Assembly (NCBI GenBank): GCA_964057225.1
Contig: CAXKVF010000080.1
Coordinates: 124,001-188,000, forward strand
Direction of reading: 5' to 3'
From: Auanema rhodensis
Lineage: Eukaryota; Animalia; Nematoda
Length of the DNA stretch: 64,000 bases
Shown here piece by piece: positions 27,339 through 37,700 of the stretch. Position numbers and translations under genes: made by a program. How positions within the stretch are numbered: the stretch's first letter is position 1; each line of letters begins with the position of its first letter. The notes below the pieces were generated by a model that saw only the letters and a list, made by a program, of their open reading frames with translations, did no database searches and was not told the DNA's origin.

Positions 27339-28418
27339 ATGTCTACAGTCACTCCCGAGTTTCTTACTGCTTCTCTGAAATCTCTCACGGAATCTCTTCA
27401 TTCCACTTTCTCAAGTTTTTCTCTAGAAATCAAAAGCGACCTGCATAGTATCAAAAACTGTATCGCATTGCATGAATCTCGTTTGAAAGTAATTGAAACT
27501 GAGTTCAACTCAAGACTCAACGCTTTAGAAAATAAGTTCACTGCTTTCATGGGTAACGAAAGTGCTTGCATATTGCCTACACTTCCGTGTTCAAATACTG
27601 TTATAACTGAAGTGAATAAAATTAGGTTAGAAGAATCTAAATTTGCTCACCGTTCCTTGAGAGCTCTCTGGTTCCGGGTTCCAGTCACGTCACCTGATCT
27701 GCCTAGCGATGCCCGTTCTCTTCTCAAACTTGTTTTTGATAGCTGCAGTGATACTAGTCTTATTTCTTTACTCAATTCCAATCACATATTCGTTACTCGC
27801 TGCACCCTCAAATCAGGGTCCCCTGGTCCACTTATCATAACGTGTCCTTCGGTCAGTATTCGAGATACTGTTATAGCAGCTATAAGATCTCACAAACCTA
27901 AAATTTCCAACTCACTATCCAAAACATTCGTTCGTCGTGATTATCTACCCTTTGAGGTGGAACTAGAAAAACGGCTTCGTGACGAAGCCAAAAGCAAAAA
28001 CTCTGACGACACTGAATTCATTTTTCTTGTTCGAGATCTAAAGCTTATAAAAGTACCTCGTAGACTCACCAACACAGGCACTGCCCCAAAAGACACATCC
28101 AGTGTCAAATATGTTGTTTCCCCTACAGGCATGGACTCTGAAACTACCAATTCATGCATTACTCCAATGTCTGACATGCCTATTTTTACGCATGACCTTG
28201 ATTCTAGTCCCCCGTCTAAATCTGGTAGAAGAGGCCGGCCTATAACTAAGGGACAGCCCGCTCCAATAAACAAAGAAAGATGTAGCAGCCAAAGAAGAAG
28301 AAAAAACCCTTCTCGCCGAGCTAAATCTGTTCCAGATCCTACTGCTAACATTGTTAGAAATACATCTACTTTGCCTAATTCCCCGTCCAATCTGCCCAGC
28401 CAAACATCCTTTCGTTAA
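27339..28418 (+). CDS. LINE ORF1 protein (359 aa): N-terminal coiled coil, RRM/CTD-like nucleic-acid-binding region, disordered basic C-terminus
   Basis: Starts at the first ATG of the element (no ATG seen in 27003-27338). Heptad-like leucines in the first about 70 aa. The segment FVRRDYLPFEVELEKRLRDEAK...FLVRDLKL resembles the CTD of L1/CR1-type ORF1p. S/P/T/R/K-rich tail. Lies directly upstream of APE-RT. Confidence 0.88.
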   Translation: MSTVTPEFLTASLKSLTESLHSTFSSFSLEIKSDLHSIKNCIALHESRLKVIETEFNSRLNALENKFTAFMGNESACILPTLPCSNTVITEVNKIRLEESKFAHRSLRALWFRVPVTSPDLPSDARSLLKLVFDSCSDTSLISLLNSNHIFVTRCTLKSGSPGPLIITCPSVSIRDTVIAAIRSHKPKISNSLSKTFVRRDYLPFEVELEKRLRDEAKSKNSDDTEFIFLVRDLKLIKVPRRLTNTGTAPKDTSSVKYVVSPTGMDSETTNSCITPMSDMPIFTHDLDSSPPSKSGRRGRPITKGQPAPINKERCSSQRRRKNPSRRAKSVPDPTANIVRNTSTLPNSPSNLPSQTSFR

Positions 28419-31230
28419 TTTCCAATCAACAATCTCTACTGCTGCATGTAGTAAAATCACAGTCTCTTGTTATAACGCACGATCTATTGTCAATAAATTA
28501 CACTTAATACCAATTGTTCATTCTACTCTCAGTCCAGACATTATTGCTATATCTGAGACCTGGCTGTTTCCTGATTTCAACTCTAGCTCCCTTCCTTTGA
28601 GAGATTCTTACTGCATTTTCCGTGATGACAGATCAACTTCTCGAGGAGGAGGAGTCCTCCTCTATATTAAAAAACACATTAATAGTCGTCTTCTCTCATG
28701 CTCTCCTTCTCAATCAACTGTTCAATACCTAAATGTTCTCATTATACCTTCTGACGTCGTTTTCTCAATTTGCTATCGTTCTCCATCATCTCAGCACTCT
28801 GACTTTCTTTTTTTTCTAACCGAATTTCAAACTCTTATCTCTAACCGCAGGTTTTTCTTAACAGGCGATCTTAATTTCCCTCACATTGACTGGGATCTCA
28901 TCCATTCGTCAAGCAGTTCCCCCTCTACTTCATCTATTCTCAACTTTCTTCAACAGTCTTCATCCAGTCAATTAGTTACTTTCCCAACCAGAGGTAAAAA
29001 CATCTTGGATTACATTATCACCAACAGTGTTCACTGTGTAGAGAACATTTCTCGCAATAGCCCTCTTGGCCAATCTGATCATTACTCGGTTTTCTTCAAC
29101 ATTATTTTGGATCCTCTCATATTTGCTCAAATCAACAAAGTTGCTACTTCCAGGCCCTTTTCTCTCTCTTCCTCTTTTTCTAGTCGTAACTTTTTCTCGG
29201 CCGATTATGGTAAAATAAATAGCCTTTTAGCTGGCATTGACTTCGCTACTGAATTATGTGGTCTAAACGCTATAACTTCCTATTCTAAGTTTATTGCAAT
29301 TGTCCAATCAATAATTCAAAGCTGTGTCCCATTCAAAAAGGCAAAGAAAAGAAAAAAACTTGATCGTGACATTCAGAAACTTAACAATCGTGTTAACCGG
29401 TTAAGCAACTCTCTTTTCGCTCAGGATGAGCTTCTTCGCAAAAAGCTATCTGTCACCTTAGATAAACTCATCAAACTCAAATCTGCCATTGATGAAAACA
29501 ACATAGCTTCTACCAACAATTCAAAAGCATTTTTTCAATTCTGTCGCGAACGACTTGGTAAAGACTCTTCTGATATCCCTACTCTACAAATCAACGAAAC
29601 TTTGGTTTTCTCTGACGTAGACAAAGCTGAAATTTTTTCCTCCGTCTTTGCTGTCAAATCCTCTTCATCTTCCACTTACTCTCATCTTCTCAATTACTCT
29701 CCATCAGTCATTGACTTCATCGACATCTCCCCTGAAAAGGTTTTCAACATTCTTTCTCACCTTCCTTCGCGCGCATCTACTTCTCCGGATGGAATTCCGT
29801 ACTACTTTCTCAAACAATGTGCAGGCACCCTCTGCAATCCTCTCTCGTTTATTTTTCATAACCTCCTTGTTTCTTCTTCTTGTCCTCCTGACTGGAAAAC
29901 AGCTTGGATACGTCCGGTTTTCAAGAAAGGCAACCCTTCTGATCCTTCTAATTACCGTCCAATCTCACTAACCCCAAGTTTATCTAAAGTCTTTGAACGA
30001 CTTATTCGATCTCCCCTTCTTCATTTTGGTGTATCCTCGGGCAGCATTTCCAATGTTCAGCACGCTTTTCTTCCTAAACGCAGCACTGTAACAGCCCTTG
30101 TTTCCAGCCATATCAAATGGAGATCACTTATTGATGATAAAAATATAGTTTTTGTTGCGTTTATTGATTTCTCAAAAGCATTCGATCTCATTGATCACTC
30201 CATTCTCTTTGCAAAATTGAAATCTATTGGAATTCGTGGGTCTCTTCTTAATTTTCTTGGATCTTTTATCCAAAACCGTTCTTACTCTGTACTCATCAAC
30301 AAAAGTCTATCCGACCCTGTTAGTCTTACATGTGGGGTTCCTCAAGGAACGGTTCTTGGCCCTCTACTGTTTCTGTTTTACATAAACGACATAACTTCCT
30401 TATTCACATCCGATGTTCATCCCATTTTATATGCTGATGATCTAAAACTTCATAGTTGTAACCCTGAGAGCCTTCAAAATGCTCTTAATTCTCTTTACAA
30501 ATGGTGTCATGATAACAAAATGAAAGTCAACACCGAAAAATCTAAAGTAATGATTGTCTCTAACAAATCATCTAATTATCACAACATTACTAATTTCACT
30601 TTTGGCGATTCATCTCTCTCTATAGTATCTGCATACAAAGATCTGGGTATTTGGACGGAAAATAACTTGTCTTTCGAAAAACACATTAATTCAATTTGTA
30701 GTATTGCGGCCGTCAAATGCCGAACTATTCTCCGTTGTTTCTACTCTAAATGTCCTAAATTATTGTTCAAACTTTTCAGCTGTTACGTCCGACCCATACT
30801 TGAATATGGATCAGTTATCTGGTCACCACAGAACATTGCAGGCAAACAACGAATAGAAAAAGTTCAGAAAAAGTTTTTTAAAGCAATCTTTGGCCGAGCC
30901 GGTCTTGACCTAACTTACAAAGATCAGCTATCTTATCTTGAAACTGAAGATCTGATAACTAGGAGAGTTCTTTCTGATCTATTGTTCTATTTTGCTCATA
31001 TAACAATAGAAGCCACAGGAAACTCACAATCTTTTTTCATTATCAAGAATCTGAATTCTCTGCGCAGACACCAATGGAATCTAGCTCATCCTACTCTATG
31101 GAGGACAGAAACAAGGAATGGAATTGAATACAGAACTGTAAATCTATGGAACTCTCTTCCTGAAGCCATAGTCAGCCTTCGTACAAAACATTCTTTCCGG
31201 AAACATATCTTGTCTCATATTTTATCGTGA
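28351..31230 (+). CDS. LINE ORF2: apurinic-like endonuclease + reverse transcriptase (no ATG start; frame open from 28270; probably entered at about 28411-28414 by +1 frameshift)
   Basis: APE motifs YNARS (28471), ISETW, RGGGV, GDLNF, LDY and SDH (29074). RT motifs PDGI, WK.A.I.PVFKKG, NYRPISLT, QHAF, DFSKAFD, GVPQGTVLGPLLF.YIND, YADD (30430-30441) and YKDLGI. The ORF-track start at 28351 is TTG, not ATG. Confidence 0.97.
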   Translation: MLEIHLLCLIPRPICPAKHPFVNFQSTISTAACSKITVSCYNARSIVNKLHLIPIVHSTLSPDIIAISETWLFPDFNSSSLPLRDSYCIFRDDRSTSRGGGVLLYIKKHINSRLLSCSPSQSTVQYLNVLIIPSDVVFSICYRSPSSQHSDFLFFLTEFQTLISNRRFFLTGDLNFPHIDWDLIHSSSSSPSTSSILNFLQQSSSSQLVTFPTRGKNILDYIITNSVHCVENISRNSPLGQSDHYSVFFNIILDPLIFAQINKVATSRPFSLSSSFSSRNFFSADYGKINSLLAGIDFATELCGLNAITSYSKFIAIVQSIIQSCVPFKKAKKRKKLDRDIQKLNNRVNRLSNSLFAQDELLRKKLSVTLDKLIKLKSAIDENNIASTNNSKAFFQFCRERLGKDSSDIPTLQINETLVFSDVDKAEIFSSVFAVKSSSSSTYSHLLNYSPSVIDFIDISPEKVFNILSHLPSRASTSPDGIPYYFLKQCAGTLCNPLSFIFHNLLVSSSCPPDWKTAWIRPVFKKGNPSDPSNYRPISLTPSLSKVFERLIRSPLLHFGVSSGSISNVQHAFLPKRSTVTALVSSHIKWRSLIDDKNIVFVAFIDFSKAFDLIDHSILFAKLKSIGIRGSLLNFLGSFIQNRSYSVLINKSLSDPVSLTCGVPQGTVLGPLLFLFYINDITSLFTSDVHPILYADDLKLHSCNPESLQNALNSLYKWCHDNKMKVNTEKSKVMIVSNKSSNYHNITNFTFGDSSLSIVSAYKDLGIWTENNLSFEKHINSICSIAAVKCRTILRCFYSKCPKLLFKLFSCYVRPILEYGSVIWSPQNIAGKQRIEKVQKKFFKAIFGRAGLDLTYKDQLSYLETEDLITRRVLSDLLFYFAHITIEATGNSQSFFIIKNLNSLRRHQWNLAHPTLWRTETRNGIEYRTVNLWNSLPEAIVSLRTKHSFRKHILSHILS
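28407..28418 (+). promoter_or_regulatory. Putative +1 programmed ribosomal frameshift site TCC_TTT_CGT_TAA (PA-X-type)
   Basis: The last three ORF1 codons are TCC TTT CGT, followed by the TAA stop. A +1 slip UUU to UUC gives GTT AAT TTC CAA..., which is the ORF2 frame. ORF2 has no Met until 30520. Confidence 0.7.
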
Positions 31231-31236
31231 CCATTA

Positions 31237-31262
<26 letters not shown>
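31237..31262 (+). repeat. T26 homopolymer at the start of the LINE 3' UTR
   Basis: 26 consecutive T starting 7 nt after the ORF2 TGA (ends 31230). Confidence 0.92.
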
Positions 31263-31267
<5 letters not shown>

Positions 31268-31732
31268 GTATCATCGTTTTCTTTTCAATTAACATACAAG
31301 GTTCTTTTCTTACTTTTTTTTCTGCCAGACTGCTACTGTCATCTATACTGTATCATCATCAGTCGTAGCAATGAGTACAGTTTTTCTCTTTGCTATTAGA
31401 ACGGGCTTGACTCATTTCTGAGTTCCACCGCACCTGATCAGCTATATTTAAAGAGTCAGTTCATCAAACTTTGCTGAACATAATCTGTTTTTGTTTTCAC
31501 AAACTGCTGAGAAATAGTAATAGAATCTCATATGCTTCAATATCGTTATGTTATATTTCTTGTATTCTAGTCTATTCTATTATACAACTATTTACCACTT
31601 TCATCCTTTTTCTAATTTTTCAGATTGTAATTTTTAATTTACTTTCCCCAGTTCATATTGTAAGATGCTTTTTCGCAGTATACCTACGTTCACAATAAGC
31701 TTTTGATTATCAAGAATCTGTGATATAGAACG

Positions 31733-31760
<28 letters not shown>
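31733..31760 (+). repeat. (AATA)7 3' terminal microsatellite tail of the LINE, containing overlapping AATAAA signals
   Basis: Seven perfect AATA units directly abut the satellite. Short tandem-repeat tails are typical of CR1/L2-group LINEs. Confidence 0.93.
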
Positions 31761-31766
<6 letters not shown>

Positions 31767-34700
31767 GCTAATTAAATGTACACGTGATGTGCACTTGGTA
31801 TGTAACTCGCTTCACGTGAAAGATAAAGAGATGCGGTTTTCAAAATTAGATTCCCCATGTCCATATTAGTCTAAAAACAAATTTTTATTGATATTGCTTC
31901 ATGGTAACCATGACTTTGAAATTTACGTGAACTTTAATTTATGCTAATTAAATGTACACGTGATGTGCACTTGGTATGTAACTCGCTTCACGTGAAAGAT
32001 AAAGAGATGCGGTTTTCAAAATTAGATTCCCCATGTCCATATTAGTCTAAAAACAAATTTTTATTGATATTGGTGCATGGTAACCATGACTTTGAAATTT
32101 ACGTGAACTTTAATTTATGCTAATTAAATGTACACGTGATGTGCACTTGGTATGTAATTCGCTTCACGTGAAAGATAAAGAGATGCGGTTTTCAAAATTA
32201 GATTCCCCATGTCCATATTAGTCTAAAAACAAATTTTTATTGATATTGGTTCATGGTAACCATGACTTTGAAATTTACGTGAACTTTAATTAATGCTAAT
32301 TAAATGTACACGTGATGTGCACTTGGTATGTAACTCGCTTCACGTGAAAGATAAAGAGATGCGGTTTTCAAAATTAGATTCCCCATGTCCATATTAGTCT
32401 GAAAACAAATTTTTATTGATATTGCTTCATGGTAACCATGACTTTGAAATTTACGTGAACTTTAATTTATGCTAATTAAATGTACACGTGATGTGCACTT
32501 GGTATGTAACTCGCTTCACGTGAAAGATAAAGAGATGCGGTTTTCAAAATTAGATTCCCCATGTCCATATTAGTCTAAAAACAAATTTTTATTGATATTG
32601 GTTCATGGTAACCATGACTTTGAATTTTACGTGAACTTTAATTTATGCTAATTAAATGTACACGTGATGTGCACTTGGTATGTAACTCGCTTCACGTAAA
32701 AGATAAAGAAATGCGGTTTTCAAAATTAGATTCTCCATGTCCATATTAGTCTAAAAACAAATTTTTATTGATATTGGTTCATGGTAACCATGACTTTGAA
32801 ATTTACGTGAACTTTAATTTATGCTAATTAAATGTACACGTGATGTGCACTTGGTATGTAACTCGCTTCACGTGAAAGATAAAGAGATGCGGTTTTTAAA
32901 ATTAGATTCCCCATGTCCATATTAGTCTAAAAACAAATTTTTATTGATATTGGTGCATGGTAACCATGACTTTGAAATTTACGTGAACTTTAATTTATGC
33001 TAATTAAATGTACACGTGATGTGCACTTGGTATGTAATTCGCTTCACGTGAAAGATAAAGAGATGCGGTTTTCAAAATTAGATTCCCCATGTCCATATTA
33101 GTCTAAAAACAAATTTTTATTGATATTGGTTCATGGTAACCATGACTTTGAAATTTACGTGAACTTTAATTAATGCTAATTAAATGTACACGTGATGTGC
33201 ACTTGGTATGTAACTCGCTTCACGTGAAAGATAAAGAGATGCGGTTTTCAAAATTAGATTCCCCATGTCCATATTAGTCTAAAAACAAATTTTTATTGAT
33301 ATTGCTTCATGGTAACCATGACTTTGAAATTTACGTGAACTTTAATTTATGCTAATTAAATGTACACGTGATGTGCACTTGGTATGTAACTCGCTTCACG
33401 TGAAAGATAAAGAGATGCGGTTTTCAAAATTAGATTCCCCATGTCCATATTAGTCTAAAAACAAATTTTTATTGATATTGGTTCATGGTAACCATGACTT
33501 TGAATTTTACGTGAACTTTAATTTATGCTAATTAAATGTACACGTGATGTGCACTTGGTATGTAACTCGCTTCACGTAAAAGATAAAGAAATGCGGTTTT
33601 CAAAATTAGATTCCCCATGTCCATATTAGTCTAAAAACTAATTTTTATTGATATTGGTTCATGGTAACCATGACTTTGAAATTTACGTGAACTTTAATTT
33701 ATGCTAATTAAATGTACACGTGATGTGCACTTGGTATGTAACTCGCTTCACGTGAAAGATAAAGAGATGCGGTTTTCTAAATTAGATTCCCCATGTCCAT
33801 ATTAGTCTAAAAACAAATTTTTATTGATATTGCTTCATGGTAACCATGACTTTGAAATTTACGTGAACTTTAATTTATGCTAATTAAATGTACACGTGAT
33901 GTGCACTTGGTATGTAACTCGCTTCACGTGAAAGATAAAGAAATGCGGTTTTCAAAATTAGATTCCCCATGTCCATATTAGTCTAAAAACTAATTTTTAT
34001 TGATATTGGTTCATGGTAACCATGACTTTGAAATTTACGTGAACTTTAATTTATGCTAATTAAATGTACACGTGATGTGCACTTGGTATGTAACTCGCTT
34101 CACGTGAAAGATAAAGAGATGCGGTTTTCAAAATTAGATTCCCCATGTCCATATTAGTCTAAAAACAAATTTTTATTGATATTGCTTCATTGTAACCATG
34201 ACTTTGAAATTTACGTGAACTTTAATTTATGCTAATTAAATGTACACGTGATGTGCACTTGGTATGTAGCTCGCTTCACGTGAAAGATAAAGAGATGCGG
34301 TTTTCAAAATTAGATTCCCCATGTCCATATTAGTCTAAAAACAAATTTTTATTGATATTGGTTCATGGTAACCATGACTTTGAATTTTACGTGAACTTTA
34401 ATTTATGCTAATTAAATGTACACGTGATGTGCACTTGGTATGTAACTCGCTTCACGTGAAAGATAAAGAAATGCGGTTTTCAAAATTAGATTCCCCATGT
34501 CCATATTAGTCTAAAAACAAATTTTTATTGATATTGGTTCATGGTAACCATGACTTTGAAATTTACGTGAACTTTAATTTATGCTAATTAAATGTACACG
34601 TGATGTGCACTTGGTATGTAACTCGCTTCACGTGAAAGATAAAGAGATGCGGTTTTCAAAATTAGATTCCCCATGTCCATATTAGTCTAAAAACAAATTT

Positions 34701-37700
34701 TTATTGATATTGGTTCATGGTAACCATGACTTTGAATTTTACGTGAACTTTAATTTATGCTAATTAAATGTACACGTGATGTGCACTTGGTATGTAACTC
34801 GCTTCACGTGAAAGATAAAGAGATGCGGTTTTCAAAATTAGATTCCCCATGTCCATATTAGTCTAAAAACAAATTTTTATTGATATTGGTGCATGGTAAC
34901 CATGACTTTGAAATTTACGTGAACTTTAATTTATGCTAATTAAATGTACACGTGATGTGCACTTGGTATGTAACTCGCTTCACGTGAAAGATGAAGAGAT
35001 GCGGTTTTCAAAATTAGATTCCCCATGTCCATATTAGTCTAAAAACAAATTTTTATTGATATTGGTTCATGGTAACCATGACTTTGAAATTTACGTGAAC
35101 TTTAATTTATGCTAATTAAATGTACACGTGATGTGCACTTGGTATGTAACTCGCTTCACGTGAAAGATAAAGAGATGCGGTTTTCAAAATTAGATTCCCC
35201 ATGTCCATATTAGTCTAAAAACAAATTTTTATTGATATTGGTGCATGGTAACCATGACTTTGAAATTTACGTGAACTTTAATTTATGCTAATTAAATGTA
35301 CACGTGATGTGCACTTGGTATGTAACTCGCTTCACGTGAAAGATAAAGAGATTCGGTTTTCAAAATTAGATTCCCCATGTCCATATTAGTCTAAAAACAA
35401 ATTTTTATTGATATTGGTTCATGGTAACCATGACTTTGAAATTTACGTGAACTTTAATTTATGCTAATTAAATGTACACGTGATGTGCACTTGGTATGTA
35501 ACTCGCTTCACGTGAAAGATAAAGAGATGCGGTTTTCAAAATTAGATTCCCCATGTCCATATTAGTCTAAAAACAAATTTTTATTGATATTGGTGCATGG
35601 TAACCATGACTTTGAAATTTACGTGAACTTTAATTTATGCTAATTAAATGTACACGTGATGTGCACTTGGTATGTAACTCGCTTCACGTGAAAGATAAAG
35701 AGATGCGGTTTTCAAAATTAAATTCCCCATGTCCATATTAGTCTAAAAACAAATTTTTATTGATATTGGTTCATGGTAACCATGACTTTGAAATTTACGT
35801 GAACTTTAATTAATGCTAATTAAATGTACACGTGATGTGCACTTGGTATGTAACTCGCTTCACGTGAAAGATAAAGAGATGCGGTTTTCAAAATTAGATT
35901 CCCCATGTCCATATTAGTCTAAAAACAAATTTTTATTGATATTGCTTCATGGTAACCATGACTTTGAAATTTACGTGAACTTTAATTTATGCTAATTAAA
36001 TGTACACGTGATGTGCACTTGGTATGTAACTCGCTTCACGTGAAAGATAAAGAGATGCGGTTTTCAAAATTAGATTCCCCATGTCCATATTAGTCTAAAA
36101 ACAAATTTTTATTGATATTGCTTCATGGTAACCATGACTTTGAAATTTACGTGAACTTTAATTTATGCTAATTAAATGTACACGTGATGTGAACTTGGTA
36201 TGTAACTCGCTTCACGTGAAAGATAAAGAGATGCGGTTTTCAAAATTAGATTCCCCATGTCCATATTAGTCTAAAAACAAATTTTTATTGATATTGGTTC
36301 ATGGTAACCATGACTTTGAATTTTACGTGAACTTTAATTTATGCTAATTAAATGTACACGTGATGTGCACTTGGTATGTAACTCGCTTCACGTGAAAGAT
36401 AAAGAAATGCGGTTTTCAAAATTAGATTCCCCATGTCCATATTAGTCTAAAAACAAATTTTTATTGATATTGGTTCATGGTAACCATGACTTTGAAATTT
36501 ACGTGAACTTTAATTTATGCTAATTAAATGTACACGTGATGTGCACTTGGTATGTAACTCGCTTCACGTGAAAGATAAAGAGATGCGGTTTTCAAAATTA
36601 GATTCCCCATGTCCATATTAGTCTAAAAACAAATTTTTATTGATATTGCTTCATGGTAACCATGACTTTGAAATTTACGTGAACTTTAATTTATGCTAAT
36701 TAAATGTACACGTGATGTGCACTTGGTATGTAACTCGCTTCACGTGAAAGATAAAGAGATGCGGTTTTCAAAATTAGATTCCCCATGTCCATATTAGTCT
36801 AAAAACAAATTTTTATTGATATTGGTTCATGGTAACCATGACTTTGAATTTTACGTGAACTTTAATTTATGCTAATTAAATGTACACGTGATGTGCACTT
36901 GGTATGTAACTCGCTTCACGTGAAAGATAAAGAAATGCGGTTTTCAAAATTAGATTCCCCATGTCCATATTAGTCTAAAAACAAATTTTTATTGATATTG
37001 GTTCATGGTAACCATGACTTTGAAATTTACGTGAACTTTAATTTATGCTAATTAAATGTACACGTGATGTGCACTTGGTATGTAACTCGCTTCACGTGAA
37101 AGATAAAGAGATGCGGTTTTCAAAATTAGATTCCCCATGTCCATATTAGTCTAAAAACAAATTTTTATTGATATTGCTTCATGGTAACCATGACTTTGAA
37201 ATTTACGTGAACTTTAATTTATGCTAATTAAATGTACACGTGATGTGCACTTGGTATGTAACTCGCTTCACGTGAAAGATAAAGAGATGCGGTTTTCAAA
37301 ATTAGATTCCCCCTGTCCATATTAGTCTAAAAACAAATTTTTATTGATATTGCTTCATGGTAACCATGACTTTGAAATTTACGTGAACTTTAATTTATGC
37401 TAATTAAATGTACACGTGATGTGCACTTGGTATGTAACTCGCTTCACGTGAAAGATAAAGAGATGCGGTTTTCAAAATTAGATTCCCCATGTCCATATTA
37501 GTCTAAAAACAAATTTTTATTGATATTGCTTCATGGTAACCATGACTTTGAAATTTACGTGAACTTTAATTTATGCTAATTAAATGTACACGTGATGTGC
37601 ACTTGGTATGTAACTCGCTTCACGTGAAAGATAAAGAGATGCGGTTTTCAAAATTAGATTCCCCATGTCCATATTAGTCTAAAAACAAATTTTTATTGAT

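Larger units (their letters stand above)
27003..31760 (+). mobile_element. Full-length non-LTR retrotransposon (LINE), CR1-group, inserted in satellite
   Basis: 5' UTR, ORF1, APE-RT ORF2, 3' UTR and (AATA)n tail; no LTRs. CR1-type C-terminal motifs YVRPILEYGSVIWSP...IEKVQKKF and RTVNLWNSLP. No recognisable RNase H or CCHC domain. Both ORFs are uninterrupted. Confidence 0.95.

Noticed and set aside
27043-27448. Phe/Leu/Ser-rich ORFs 27043-27378 and 27095-27448
   Set aside because: Non-ATG starts. They are stop-free only because of the T/C tract, so they are low-complexity artefacts.
28301-28307. Canonical -1 slippery heptamer A_AAA_AAC in the ORF1 frame within the ORF overlap
   Set aside because: A -1 shift enters the third frame, which stops at TAA 28322-28324. 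ORF2 is in the +1 frame.
27941-28460. Antisense ORFs 27941-28390 and 28152-28460
   Set aside because: Shadows of ORF1/ORF2 with no recognisable domain or independent support.
29648-29971. 107-aa alternative-frame ORF inside ORF2
   Set aside because: TTG start; explained by the pyrimidine-rich, stop-poor sense strand.
31471-31698. 75-aa hydrophobic ORF in the 3' UTR
   Set aside because: TTG start, T-rich compositional artefact, no motif.
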